Assembly: GCA_017504605.1 (NCBI GenBank)
Contig: JAFVQW010000030.1
Location: 26,956-90,955 of the forward strand
Direction: 5' to 3'
Origin: Clostridia bacterium
GTDB taxonomy: Bacteria; Bacillota; Clostridia; Oscillospirales; CAG-272
Length of the DNA: 64,000 nt
The notes beneath the pieces were generated by a model. The model was not told the DNA's origin, did not search any database, and worked only from the letters and a program-made list of their open reading frames with translations. Of the stretch, positions 9,536 through 17,282 are shown in pieces. The translations under genes and the position numbers were made by a program. Positions within the stretch are counted from its first letter, which is position 1. Each line of letters begins with the position of its first letter.

Positions 9536-10564
9536 ATGTTTGATTTACAAAATATGATCCCCGACGGAGAGCGCTTTGCCGCCGCTAACTCCTACCGCGG
9601 CTTCGTATCAAGATTTAACACGGTATTCATATCCCGCGAATTCAAGAAGGTGTTTATTCTTAAGGGCGGCCCGGGTACGGGAAAAAGCACGATTTTAAAA
9701 AGGCTGGCCGTATATGCAAAGGAAAAGGGACTATCTGTCGAGGTGGTCTACTGCTCCTCCGACCCCTCCTCGCTCGACGGTATAATAATAGGCGGCGAGA
9801 GAGGCAAAATCGGAGTCCTCGACGGTACGGCACCGCACACCGCCGACCCTCATTTCCCGGGAGCGGTTGAGGAAATAGTCAACCTCGGCGAGAGCTTCAG
9901 ACTCTCGTCGCTCGAGGAGCAGAGGCAAGAGATAATCTCGCTCAGCGAGAAAAAAAGCGCCGCTTATTCCACGGCCTACGATATGCTCTCTCTTGCCGGA
10001 GATGTCTATAGCAAAATCAGGAGCATTTTTAAAGAATTCATAGATTATAACAAGGCAGAAGAGCTATCAAGTGAACTTGCATCAGGCGAGGTGACGGAGT
10101 ATCTCGGCGAGAAAATCGTATCCTCCTTCGGCTCGGCGGGCTATACCTTCTTACCAGAGCCGAGGGGCCTCGATGTAATTCGCATATCCGGTAACGGCTA
10201 CTCTGAGCGCATCGTTATGAACCTTATCGAGAGGGCGGCAAGAGAGCGCGGGATAATAAAGCATCGCTGCCCCTCGCCGCTCTTACCCTGCAACACAGAT
10301 GCCGTCGTGCTTAACGATAAAATGATTACAATAGGTGAGGGTGGGATAAATTCCACGGAAATTCTTACGGAAATTCCCCACGGCGCCGAGGCGCTCCTGA
10401 AAATGCACACCGAGGCTCTTGCACTCGCACAGCACTATTTCTCATTGGCGGCAAAGCACCACTTTGCTCTTGAGAAAATATACACCTCCGCTATGGATTT
10501 CACCAACAACGAAAAAATATTCGACTCTCTTTGCAAAAGATGCATGGGAGCACTCGCTTTGTAA
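9536..10564 (+). CDS. Uncharacterised P-loop NTPase
   Basis: Walker A GGPGTGKST. AAAGGAG RBS lies 5 nt before the ATG at 9536. No further family recognised. Confidence 0.6.
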   Translation: MFDLQNMIPDGERFAAANSYRGFVSRFNTVFISREFKKVFILKGGPGTGKSTILKRLAVYAKEKGLSVEVVYCSSDPSSLDGIIIGGERGKIGVLDGTAPHTADPHFPGAVEEIVNLGESFRLSSLEEQRQEIISLSEKKSAAYSTAYDMLSLAGDVYSKIRSIFKEFIDYNKAEELSSELASGEVTEYLGEKIVSSFGSAGYTFLPEPRGLDVIRISGNGYSERIVMNLIERAARERGIIKHRCPSPLLPCNTDAVVLNDKMITIGEGGINSTEILTEIPHGAEALLKMHTEALALAQHYFSLAAKHHFALEKIYTSAMDFTNNEKIFDSLCKRCMGALAL

Positions 10565-10615
10565 GTAAAATTGTGCTCCTTTCTTGACAACTATATTTAT
10601 TTATGATATTATAAA

Positions 10616-10639
10616 GGGGCAGTCGAATTCGACTGCCCC
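10616..10639. terminator. Palindromic hairpin between convergent genes (likely ackA terminator)
   Basis: Perfect 24-nt palindrome GGGGCAGTCGAATTCGACTGCCCC. A short T-run follows on the minus strand only. Confidence 0.6.
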
Positions 10640-10645
10640 GATAGC

Positions 10646-11851
10646 TTAAAGCTCGGATACGATTTTCTCGGTGTCCTTTGCAATAACGAGCTCCTCGTTG
10701 GTGGGTATCATATATACCGTAACGCGGGAGTCGTCGGTAGAAATCTTCACGGGAGTTGACGAGTGACCGAAGGTGTTTCTCTCCTTGTCAATCTTAACGC
10801 CGAGATACTCAAGGCCCGCGCAGGCGTTCTCACGAATGTAAGAAACGTGCTCGCCGATGCCCGCAGTAAATACGATAGCGTCAAGGCCGCCCATAGATGC
10901 GCTGTATGCACCGATGAACTTCTTTATCTGATAGCAAAGCATTTCGTATGTAAGCTTCGCACGGTCGTTGCCCTCTGCCATTGCGCGCTCGAGGTCTCTC
11001 GAGTCGGAGCTGATTCCGCTGATACCGATAAAGCCGCACTTCTTGTTAAGATAGGTGTCGGCCTCGGCAGGAGTCATATTCTCCTTCTCCATAATGAAAG
11101 GAACGATTGCAGGGTCGATTGCACCGCTTCTCGTGCCCATCATAATACCGTCAAGGGGCGTGAAGCCCATCGAGGTATCAACGCACTTACCGTCCTTTAC
11201 AGCAGAGATGGACGAGCCGTTACCGATGTGACAGGTAACGATGCGGGTGCCCTCTGCCTTACCGCCGAGCATCTTAATCATCTCGCCGCTGACGTATCTG
11301 TGCGAGGTGCCGTGAGCGCCGTAGCGGCGAACACCGTACTTCTCGTACATATCGTAGGAAACGCCGTACATATACGCCTCGCGTCCCATCGTCTGATGGA
11401 ATGCGGTATCGAATACGAGAACCTGGGGCTTCTCGGGCATTACCGCAGTGCAGCCCTTAATACCCATAATTCCTGCGGGAGTGTGAAGGGGTGCGTAGGC
11501 TACGCACTTCTCAAGCACCGACAGAACCTCGGGGGTAACGAGAACCGACTCGGTGAAGAACGGTCCGCCGTGGACGATATGGTGACCGATAGCCTCAATC
11601 TCATCAATTGAGTCGATGCAGCCGTAGGTCTTATCTACAAGCAGGTCAACGACGCGCTTCGTAGCCTCGGAGTGATCCGCAAGAGGCGACTCGTTAACGT
11701 ACTCGTCCTTTCCGTTTGACTTGTGAGTGATGCGCGAGCCGTCAATGCCTATTCTCTCGCAGTTTCCCTTTGCAAGCACGGTACCCGCAGCCGTATCAAA
11801 AAGCTGATACTTAAGCGAGCTGGAGCCTGCGTTTACAACTAGAACTTTCAT
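10646..11851 (-). CDS. ackA: Acetate kinase
   Basis: MKVLVVNAGSSSLKYQLF N-terminus. AAGGAGA RBS precedes the ATG at 11851. Confidence 0.95.
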   Translation of the reverse strand: MKVLVVNAGSSSLKYQLFDTAAGTVLAKGNCERIGIDGSRITHKSNGKDEYVNESPLADHSEATKRVVDLLVDKTYGCIDSIDEIEAIGHHIVHGGPFFTESVLVTPEVLSVLEKCVAYAPLHTPAGIMGIKGCTAVMPEKPQVLVFDTAFHQTMGREAYMYGVSYDMYEKYGVRRYGAHGTSHRYVSGEMIKMLGGKAEGTRIVTCHIGNGSSISAVKDGKCVDTSMGFTPLDGIMMGTRSGAIDPAIVPFIMEKENMTPAEADTYLNKKCGFIGISGISSDSRDLERAMAEGNDRAKLTYEMLCYQIKKFIGAYSASMGGLDAIVFTAGIGEHVSYIRENACAGLEYLGVKIDKERNTFGHSSTPVKISTDDSRVTVYMIPTNEELVIAKDTEKIVSEL

Positions 11852-11948
11852 ATTTTCTCCTTGCATTAAAAATTAGCATATCCATTATACACCACTTTCA
11901 AATTTAATTCAATATCTTTTTAAAAAATTATTTAAGGAGTGCCACGTT

Positions 11949-13154
11949 ATGACGACGGTTGCCATAGTTTGTGAATACAATCCGTTTCATAACGGTCACA
12001 AATACCATATTGACAGAATACGCGAGGACTTCGGCCCCGATACGACGGTTATAGCCGTTATGAGCGGCAATTTCACTCAGCGCGGTGAATGTGCTATCGC
12101 CGACAAGGGGCTTCGGGCAAAATGCGCAGTCCTCGGCGGAGCCAATCTCGTGCTCGAGCTGCCATTTCCCTTCTCTGCCGCGAGCGCGGAGCTCTTCGCT
12201 TCTGCGGCGGTATCGATTATAGACTCGCTCGGAACCGTCGACTATATATCCTTTGGCTCCGAGGCGGGAGAGCTCGAGCCCCTTCTCAGGGTAGCGTCCG
12301 CGATGCAGACGGAGGAGTACGAAAGAGCAGTTGCAAGGCTTAGCGACGACCCCACTCTTCGCTCTCTCGGCTATCCCGCAATATGTGCCGAGGCACTCTC
12401 GTCTCTCGGCGAGAGCGAGCTTGATTTCACCCCGAACAATATTCTCGCACTTGAATATATCAAGGCCTTAAGCAAGCGCTCCTCGAGCATTAGGCTCCAT
12501 ACGGTAAAGCGAATGGGCGCCGGCTACAACGACCTCTTCTCTCCAAGTACCGAGCTGCAAAGCGCCACCGCAATAAGAGAGGCAGTGCTTGCAAAGAACA
12601 TTTCTGCCCTTGAATACACCCCAAATTCTACAAAAAAGTGCATTTTAGACGCTATTGCCGACGGCTCATTTCCCTGTGACGGCGAGAGGCTCGGAGCGGC
12701 AATTATTTCTTCACTTCGTATAAGTCCGTCAAGGCAGGACGTGGAGCCTCACGACTGCGGCGGCGGTTTATATAACCGTCTCAGGGCTAAGAGCCTCGAG
12801 GCAAATACATTATCAGGACTCGTCCGACTGTCGCAGACGAAAAAGTACACTGCGGCGCGGATAAGGCGTGCTATATGGTTCTCCTACCTTGGCGTTACCT
12901 CCTCCTCGGTATCGGAAGCCCCGCTTTATACGCAGCTGCTCGCACTTGATACGCGCGGCAGACAAGGACTGAAGGAAATTAAGCGGTGCGGGACTATTCC
13001 CGTTCTGACAAAGCCCGCCGACACAGACGCTCTCTCGGAGAGGGCGCTTATACAAAAGGCTCTGTCAGATAGGGCCGACTCGGTTTTTCAGCTGACGAAG
13101 CCCACTCCCCCAAGCGGCGCATACGCATTAAAATACACACCGTTTGTAAAATAA
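11949..13154 (+). CDS. tmcAL: tRNA(Met) cytidine acetate ligase (YlbM/UPF0348 nucleotidyltransferase family)
   Basis: IVCEYNPFHNGHKYHI HxGH-type nucleotidyltransferase motif, about 400 aa. Confidence 0.85.
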   Translation: MTTVAIVCEYNPFHNGHKYHIDRIREDFGPDTTVIAVMSGNFTQRGECAIADKGLRAKCAVLGGANLVLELPFPFSAASAELFASAAVSIIDSLGTVDYISFGSEAGELEPLLRVASAMQTEEYERAVARLSDDPTLRSLGYPAICAEALSSLGESELDFTPNNILALEYIKALSKRSSSIRLHTVKRMGAGYNDLFSPSTELQSATAIREAVLAKNISALEYTPNSTKKCILDAIADGSFPCDGERLGAAIISSLRISPSRQDVEPHDCGGGLYNRLRAKSLEANTLSGLVRLSQTKKYTAARIRRAIWFSYLGVTSSSVSEAPLYTQLLALDTRGRQGLKEIKRCGTIPVLTKPADTDALSERALIQKALSDRADSVFQLTKPTPPSGAYALKYTPFVK

Positions 13155-13284
13155 CTGCGTATTGTGCGATATTCTTACCGTCTGTCTTTTTGTCGAACGT
13201 ATTTACAGATGGCAAAAGCTTTGGTATGATATTTGCGAGGGCGGACAAGCATTGCCACCGCTTTCAAATTTCAGAAAGGAGATT

Positions 13285-13581
13285 ATGATGTTAAACGCAA
13301 AGGGCGTGGATAACAACGAATTCCTTGAATACAAGGGAAGACCGCTCGTTCGTCAGGGCAATGAGATTTTCTACGGCGACCTGTCCGATAAGGGATACAT
13401 CTATATGATGATTATGAGCGAGAAAGAAACCGATAAGGGCGCTGTTCCGAGCAAGATTATGGTTCAGCTCCTTGATAGCAACACCAAGATGCCGGTCGAT
13501 AATACTAAGCAGAAGATTGTAAGTAGCTTCACCGAAGCATTCGAGTATGCAGATGCATGGCTCGTGCGCTATACAAAGTAA
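13285..13581 (+). CDS. Hypothetical small protein (98 aa)
   Basis: AAAGGAG RBS precedes the ATGATG at 13285. Coding-like composition, no recognised family. Confidence 0.5.
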   Translation: MMLNAKGVDNNEFLEYKGRPLVRQGNEIFYGDLSDKGYIYMMIMSEKETDKGAVPSKIMVQLLDSNTKMPVDNTKQKIVSSFTEAFEYADAWLVRYTK

Positions 13582-13638
13582 TATAATACTTACGCAGCGT
13601 GCACGCCGCGATTAGATCGGTGTGCAAGGAGGTACAAA

Positions 13639-14772
13639 ATGAATAACGTGAAGGGGGGCAACCTCGTAAAGCTGGTTGCTTTTTTTCTCATTGCCGCGTC
13701 TCTCGTGCTTACCGTTGGCTTCGCATCGAGCGGCTGGCAATCTATTCTAAAGCCGGACAGCGACGATAACGTGGGCAAGAATCCTGCCCAAAACGGAAAT
13801 GTCGATGAAAATAAAGACGGAAACACCGCCGATGGCGGTAATAATGACGACAGGCTTCCTGCTGTAAATCCCACACCCGCATACACAGATGCACTTACGG
13901 GTCTTGAGATTACAGAGGAGGCCTCTCTTTTGGAGTATCTCGCCTTCGTTATGAGGTCGGATACACCCTGCTACGGAATTTCAAGCGCCGCACTTACCAT
14001 TGAAATTCCAACAGAAAACGGCGATACAAGACTGCTCGTTTTCAAGAACAACGCGCTCGGTGTCGATAAAATCGGCTCGATTGCACCTGCGCGGGACTAC
14101 ATTTCCCTGCTCGCCTACTACTTCGGCGGCTTTCTCGTACACGATAGCCGCGACGACAGCTTCGATTATGAAATTGCCCGTCCCGAGGTCTCGGGGCTCG
14201 ATTTTTCCGAGAGCGACGGCTACAGCTATACCGAATATACCGAGTTTGTTTACACCAACGGCGCGCTTCTCAATGCCTTTTTCAGAAATTCAAGCATTAG
14301 CGGTATAGCCGACAGTGCCGCGGCACTTCCCTTTGATTTTTCTCCCCTTGGCGAGGAAATAAGCAAGAGCGGAACAAGTGCCGTAAGCATATCGGTTCCC
14401 TATTCCGAGGATAACACGACAGACTTCGTTTTTTCGGGGGAGACTAAAAAATATATGCTACTCAAAAACGGCAATATTAAAACCGATATGCTAAACGATA
14501 AAAGGCTCGAGTACGATAACGTTTTCCTGCTCTTTGCCGATGCCGTAACGATTGAAACGAGAGAAAGCACCGAGACCATTATCGATACCGACGGCTCGGG
14601 GCTCGGCTATTATATAAGCCGCGGAGCTCTCTACAAAATCAGCTGGTACACAGATGAGAACGGGAGCCTCACGCTCCTTACGGAAAGCGGAGAGCGCCTT
14701 ACGGTAAACCGTGGCAGCTCATATATCGCCTATATCAAAGCCTCGAGCTCCGCAAAAATAAAAATATCATAA
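13639..14772 (+). CDS. DUF3048 (YerB-like) membrane-anchored or secreted protein
   Basis: N-terminal TM anchor and a low-complexity linker. The stretches ALTGLE, TRLLVF and IGSIAPARDY align by eye with B. subtilis YerB. Confidence 0.7.
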   Translation: MNNVKGGNLVKLVAFFLIAASLVLTVGFASSGWQSILKPDSDDNVGKNPAQNGNVDENKDGNTADGGNNDDRLPAVNPTPAYTDALTGLEITEEASLLEYLAFVMRSDTPCYGISSAALTIEIPTENGDTRLLVFKNNALGVDKIGSIAPARDYISLLAYYFGGFLVHDSRDDSFDYEIARPEVSGLDFSESDGYSYTEYTEFVYTNGALLNAFFRNSSISGIADSAAALPFDFSPLGEEISKSGTSAVSISVPYSEDNTTDFVFSGETKKYMLLKNGNIKTDMLNDKRLEYDNVFLLFADAVTIETRESTETIIDTDGSGLGYYISRGALYKISWYTDENGSLTLLTESGERLTVNRGSSYIAYIKASSSAKIKIS

Positions 14773-14778
14773 AAAAAT

Positions 14779-14832
14779 GCGTATTTCAGCGTTACGCCCC
14801 GAGCGAGCGTTCCCCTGAAATACGCTTTTTTT
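14779..14832. terminator. Bidirectional intrinsic terminator
   Basis: GCGTATTTCAG...CTGAAATACGC stem flanked by an A-run and a T-run, between convergent genes. Confidence 0.75.
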
Positions 14833-15385
14833 ATGATTCCATTTGCTTTCCGAGGAACATACCCGCGGTTTGTATAAGCTTCGACTCCGCCTCGTCGGAA
14901 ATCTTGTTACCCGTCGGCGTATCATACTGCCACGCCGATACAACACAGCCGATTACGTCGCCCTCACTTAAAATAGGCATCGCACAGTTTACGTAATGCG
15001 AGCCGCCGTCGCTCGTAATGGCGACCGTCTCGCTTCCCACGCTTCTCATATAAAGCGAGCGTCCCTCCGCGATTTCCTCGAGCCCCTTCGATATTTTTCT
15101 ATCGAGATATTCCTTCTTCGATGCACCCGAGACGGCAATTACCTCGTCTCTGTCACAGATGAAGATTGGCATCGATGAGGTTTTTTGAAGAGTGTCGGCG
15201 TATTCGGAGGCGAAGCTCTGAAGCTCGCCGATCGGCGAATACTTCTTGAAGATTACCTCCCCCTCGCGGTCGGTGTAAATCTCAAGAGGGTCGCCCTCGC
15301 GGATCCTCATCGTTCTTCTTATTTCCTTTGGAATGACCACACGCCCAAGGTCATCTATTCGGCGCACAATTCCCGTTGCTTTCAT
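14831..15385 (-). CDS. spoVT: Stage V sporulation protein T (AbrB-type N-domain plus GAF-like C-domain)
   Basis: MKATGIVRRIDDLGRVVIPKEIRRTMRIREGDPLEIY and full-length (184 aa) similarity to B. subtilis SpoVT. Confidence 0.9.
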   Translation of the reverse strand: MKATGIVRRIDDLGRVVIPKEIRRTMRIREGDPLEIYTDREGEVIFKKYSPIGELQSFASEYADTLQKTSSMPIFICDRDEVIAVSGASKKEYLDRKISKGLEEIAEGRSLYMRSVGSETVAITSDGGSHYVNCAMPILSEGDVIGCVVSAWQYDTPTGNKISDEAESKLIQTAGMFLGKQMES

Positions 15386-15452
15386 ATATAAAATCTCCTT
15401 GATTTACAGATTTGTACTGTTAGTATCTGCAAAACAAGGAGATTTATACTTT
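15288..15452. repeat. Direct repeat copy A (spoVT codons 1-33, leader and promoter)
   Basis: Aligns by hand with 17185-17350. Begins with the shared 11-mer GGGTCGCCCTC. Confidence 0.85.
15421..15449 (-). promoter_or_regulatory. Forespore (sigma-G/F-like) promoter candidate for spoVT
   Basis: Minus strand GTATA-N17-GATACTA compared with the B. subtilis sigma-G consensus GHATR-N17/18-CATnnTA. spoVT is sigma-G dependent in Bacillus. Confidence 0.4.
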
Positions 15453-15495
15453 GTATGAATAATTCAGTTAACTTCGTTTATCAAGAAATCCGTTT

Positions 15496-16005
15496 TTATA
15501 GCACGGACGCTAAAACAATGCCCAATACAAAAACGCCGATGCCCACAACGGTAGGCAACAAAATACCAAGCTTAAATTCGGGCTTCCAGTTCAGCTTTTT
15601 GCAATGAACATTAAATTTAATGCAATATGCAACGTATCTGATCGGCGTGAGGATGACTCCTATAAAGATCGTCAGAATCAGCTGCACGACCATCATTCCC
15701 AGCTTGCCGCCCAAATCAACGTCATAGGTTTTACGTCCGTCTCGATACGTCGTTTCAATCACGTAATCATAATTGAAAACGTTTTTTATTCCGTGGCGAC
15801 GCACAGAAATCACCGACGGAACAGAAATAATAAGCGCACCTACAATGGCAAGCAATGGGGTGATCTTTAATCCTACCGTGATCAGAAGCCAACCGACGCA
15901 ACAGAAAATAATGATTTTCCAGATCTCCTTGAGACCGTGACTCATTTTCTCAAGCGCTTCGTTTTCCACCTCGTTTAATTTTGGGGTATTCTTTTGTTCG
16001 TTCAT
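15496..16005 (-). CDS. Hypothetical 4-TM membrane protein (169 aa)
   Basis: AAAAGGAGAAAGG RBS precedes the ATG at 16005. Polar N-terminus of about 30 aa followed by four hydrophobic segments. No family recognised. Confidence 0.6.
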   Translation of the reverse strand: MNEQKNTPKLNEVENEALEKMSHGLKEIWKIIIFCCVGWLLITVGLKITPLLAIVGALIISVPSVISVRRHGIKNVFNYDYVIETTYRDGRKTYDVDLGGKLGMMVVQLILTIFIGVILTPIRYVAYCIKFNVHCKKLNWKPEFKLGILLPTVVGIGVFVLGIVLASVL

Positions 16006-16133
16006 ATCCTTTCTCCTTTTGTGTATTACTTGGGTATTACCCTTGTAATACACATTGTACTATATATTTTGTTATTTGTCAATAATATAATGTAATTGTT
16101 ATTTATAAAAATAATCATTAAGGGGGATAAATC

Positions 16134-16319
16134 GTGAACAATGAAACGCTAAAAATTAAAAAGTGCGGAGAAGATGGCAACAAAATTATTTCCGTGCGAA
16201 TCAAAGAAGATATTTTGTGTGAATTAGATAAAATATCCAAGGAAAGCAATTATTCCAGAAATGAATTGATCAATTTAATTTTACGATATGGAATCGAACA
16301 CTTGGAAATTATACAATAA
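16134..16319 (+). CDS. Ribbon-helix-helix (CopG/Arc-like) DNA-binding protein, 61 aa
   Basis: Beta-strand IISVRI followed by two helices (EDILCELDKISKES, SRNELINLILRYGIEHL). GTG start with a GGGGGA RBS. Confidence 0.7.
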   Translation: MNNETLKIKKCGEDGNKIISVRIKEDILCELDKISKESNYSRNELINLILRYGIEHLEIIQ

Positions 16320-16351
16320 CAGCGAGATGAAATTCATCTCGCTGTTATTTT
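16320..16351 (+). terminator. Intrinsic terminator after the RHH gene
   Basis: CAGCGAGATGA-AAT-TCATCTCGCTG followed by TTATTTTT. Confidence 0.8.
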
Positions 16352-16399
16352 TGTAACGCTGTCCTTGAGCGATCGACCCTAAGAATAGCGATTCTCGTG

Positions 16400-16723
16400 T
16401 TATTCGTCGTATGTTTTTCCAAAAAGAATTTGCATAGAATTCCGTCTTCCCAAGAGTACACGAATAATGTGAACCTCGTCGCCGTCCACCTTATAAAACG
16501 CGGTGTAGTTACCGCAGACAAGGAATCGGTACGGAACTTCAAGATTGATGATCGAGGAGAGAGGCGCGCCGCTTTCGGGGAAACCGCCAAGCTGACGGAT
16601 GCGCTTCATAATCTTCTCAACCGTATGGATTGCCGATTGTTCGCTGCACAGCTCGTCGGTGATATATGCCTTGATCTCCTTCATATCCTCAAGGGCTTCT
16701 GGCGTAAAATTGATTTTAGCCAT
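16400..16723 (-). CDS. Type II toxin, RelE/ParE family
   Basis: 107 aa. Overlaps the upstream antitoxin gene by 8 nt. ParE-like C-terminus FYKVDGDEVHIIRVLLGRRN. Confidence 0.85.
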   Translation of the reverse strand: MAKINFTPEALEDMKEIKAYITDELCSEQSAIHTVEKIMKRIRQLGGFPESGAPLSSIINLEVPYRFLVCGNYTAFYKVDGDEVHIIRVLLGRRNSMQILFGKTYDE

Positions 16724-16973
16724 GCGCTCCCCCTAAGATATTCTCGACATCAGAGATATCGATATATCCTTTTTCTTTCGCAGAGGCTTCCCCTTTCGCA
16801 AGCTCCTGCATCAGCTTGAGTGTTGCCTGAGTCTTTTCAAATTCTTCCATATCAACGATAGCGTATCTGCCGCGACCGTTCTTGGTGAGGAATACGGGTT
16901 CGCCAACGGCGATATCGCGCAGTACCTCGTTATAGTTGCGCAGATCTGATACGGGCTTAATGTTTGGCATCAT
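16716..16973 (-). CDS. Type II antitoxin, Phd/YefM family
   Basis: PNIKPVSDLRNYNEVLRDI..GEPVFLTKNGRGRYAIVDMEEFE. AAGGAGG RBS precedes the ATGATG at 16973. Confidence 0.85.
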   Translation of the reverse strand: MMPNIKPVSDLRNYNEVLRDIAVGEPVFLTKNGRGRYAIVDMEEFEKTQATLKLMQELAKGEASAKEKGYIDISDVENILGGAHG

Positions 16974-17014
16974 AGAATCCTCCTTTTTGATAAATTTCAC
17001 TTCTTGCTGTATTT

Positions 17015-17043
17015 ATTATATACTAATTCTTCGTAAAATTCAA
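17015..17043 (-). promoter_or_regulatory. sigma-A type promoter of the phd-parE operon
   Basis: Minus strand TTGAAT, 17-nt spacer, TATAAT. Confidence 0.6.
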
Positions 17044-17087
17044 CAGCAAATTCGAAAAATTTATAAAAATTTAAAGAATTAAAGCTT

Positions 17088-17282
17088 CTATGTAGAACCG
17101 TCCTTGGATTTGAGCCCTATCCGTTCAGAAAAATTCAACATCGCAAAGCAGAAGCGATCAGTCTGTGTCAATGTTGTCTGCGACGGGTCGCCCTCCTTTA
17201 TTCTAAGTGTCCGTCGTATCTCCTTAGGAATAACTATTCTCCCGAGGTCGTCTATGCGGCGGACTATCCCTGTTGCTTTCAT
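17088..17282 (-). pseudogene. Truncated spoVT/abrB-like 5' fragment (33 conserved codons plus 31 unrelated codons)
   Basis: MKATGIVRRIDDLGRIVIPKEIRRTLRIKEGDP is followed by unrelated sequence and a stop. Preceded by a copy of the spoVT RBS and promoter. Confidence 0.75.

Larger units (their letters stand above)
15453..17184. other. AT-rich accessory islet between the two repeat copies (no recombinase gene seen)
   Basis: Visibly lower GC than the flanks (not computed). The cargo is a 4-TM protein, an RHH protein and ParE/Phd. Confidence 0.55.

Noticed and set aside
13191-13197. Exact Spo0A box TGTCGAA upstream of the small ORF at 13285.
   Set aside because: A single 7-mer is expected several times by chance in 64 kb on two strands. 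There is no second box and no supporting promoter geometry.
13700-13890. Low-complexity Asn/Gly/Asp-rich region and the antisense ORF 13590-13886.
   Set aside because: This is the linker between the membrane anchor and the DUF3048 domain of the plus-strand gene. The antisense ORF has no start context.
15391-15445. The spoVT leader inverted repeat considered as a riboswitch or attenuator.
   Set aside because: No ligand-binding core or terminator/antiterminator alternative is recognisable. The upstream arm overlaps the promoter spacer, so it is reported only as a possible read-through insulator.
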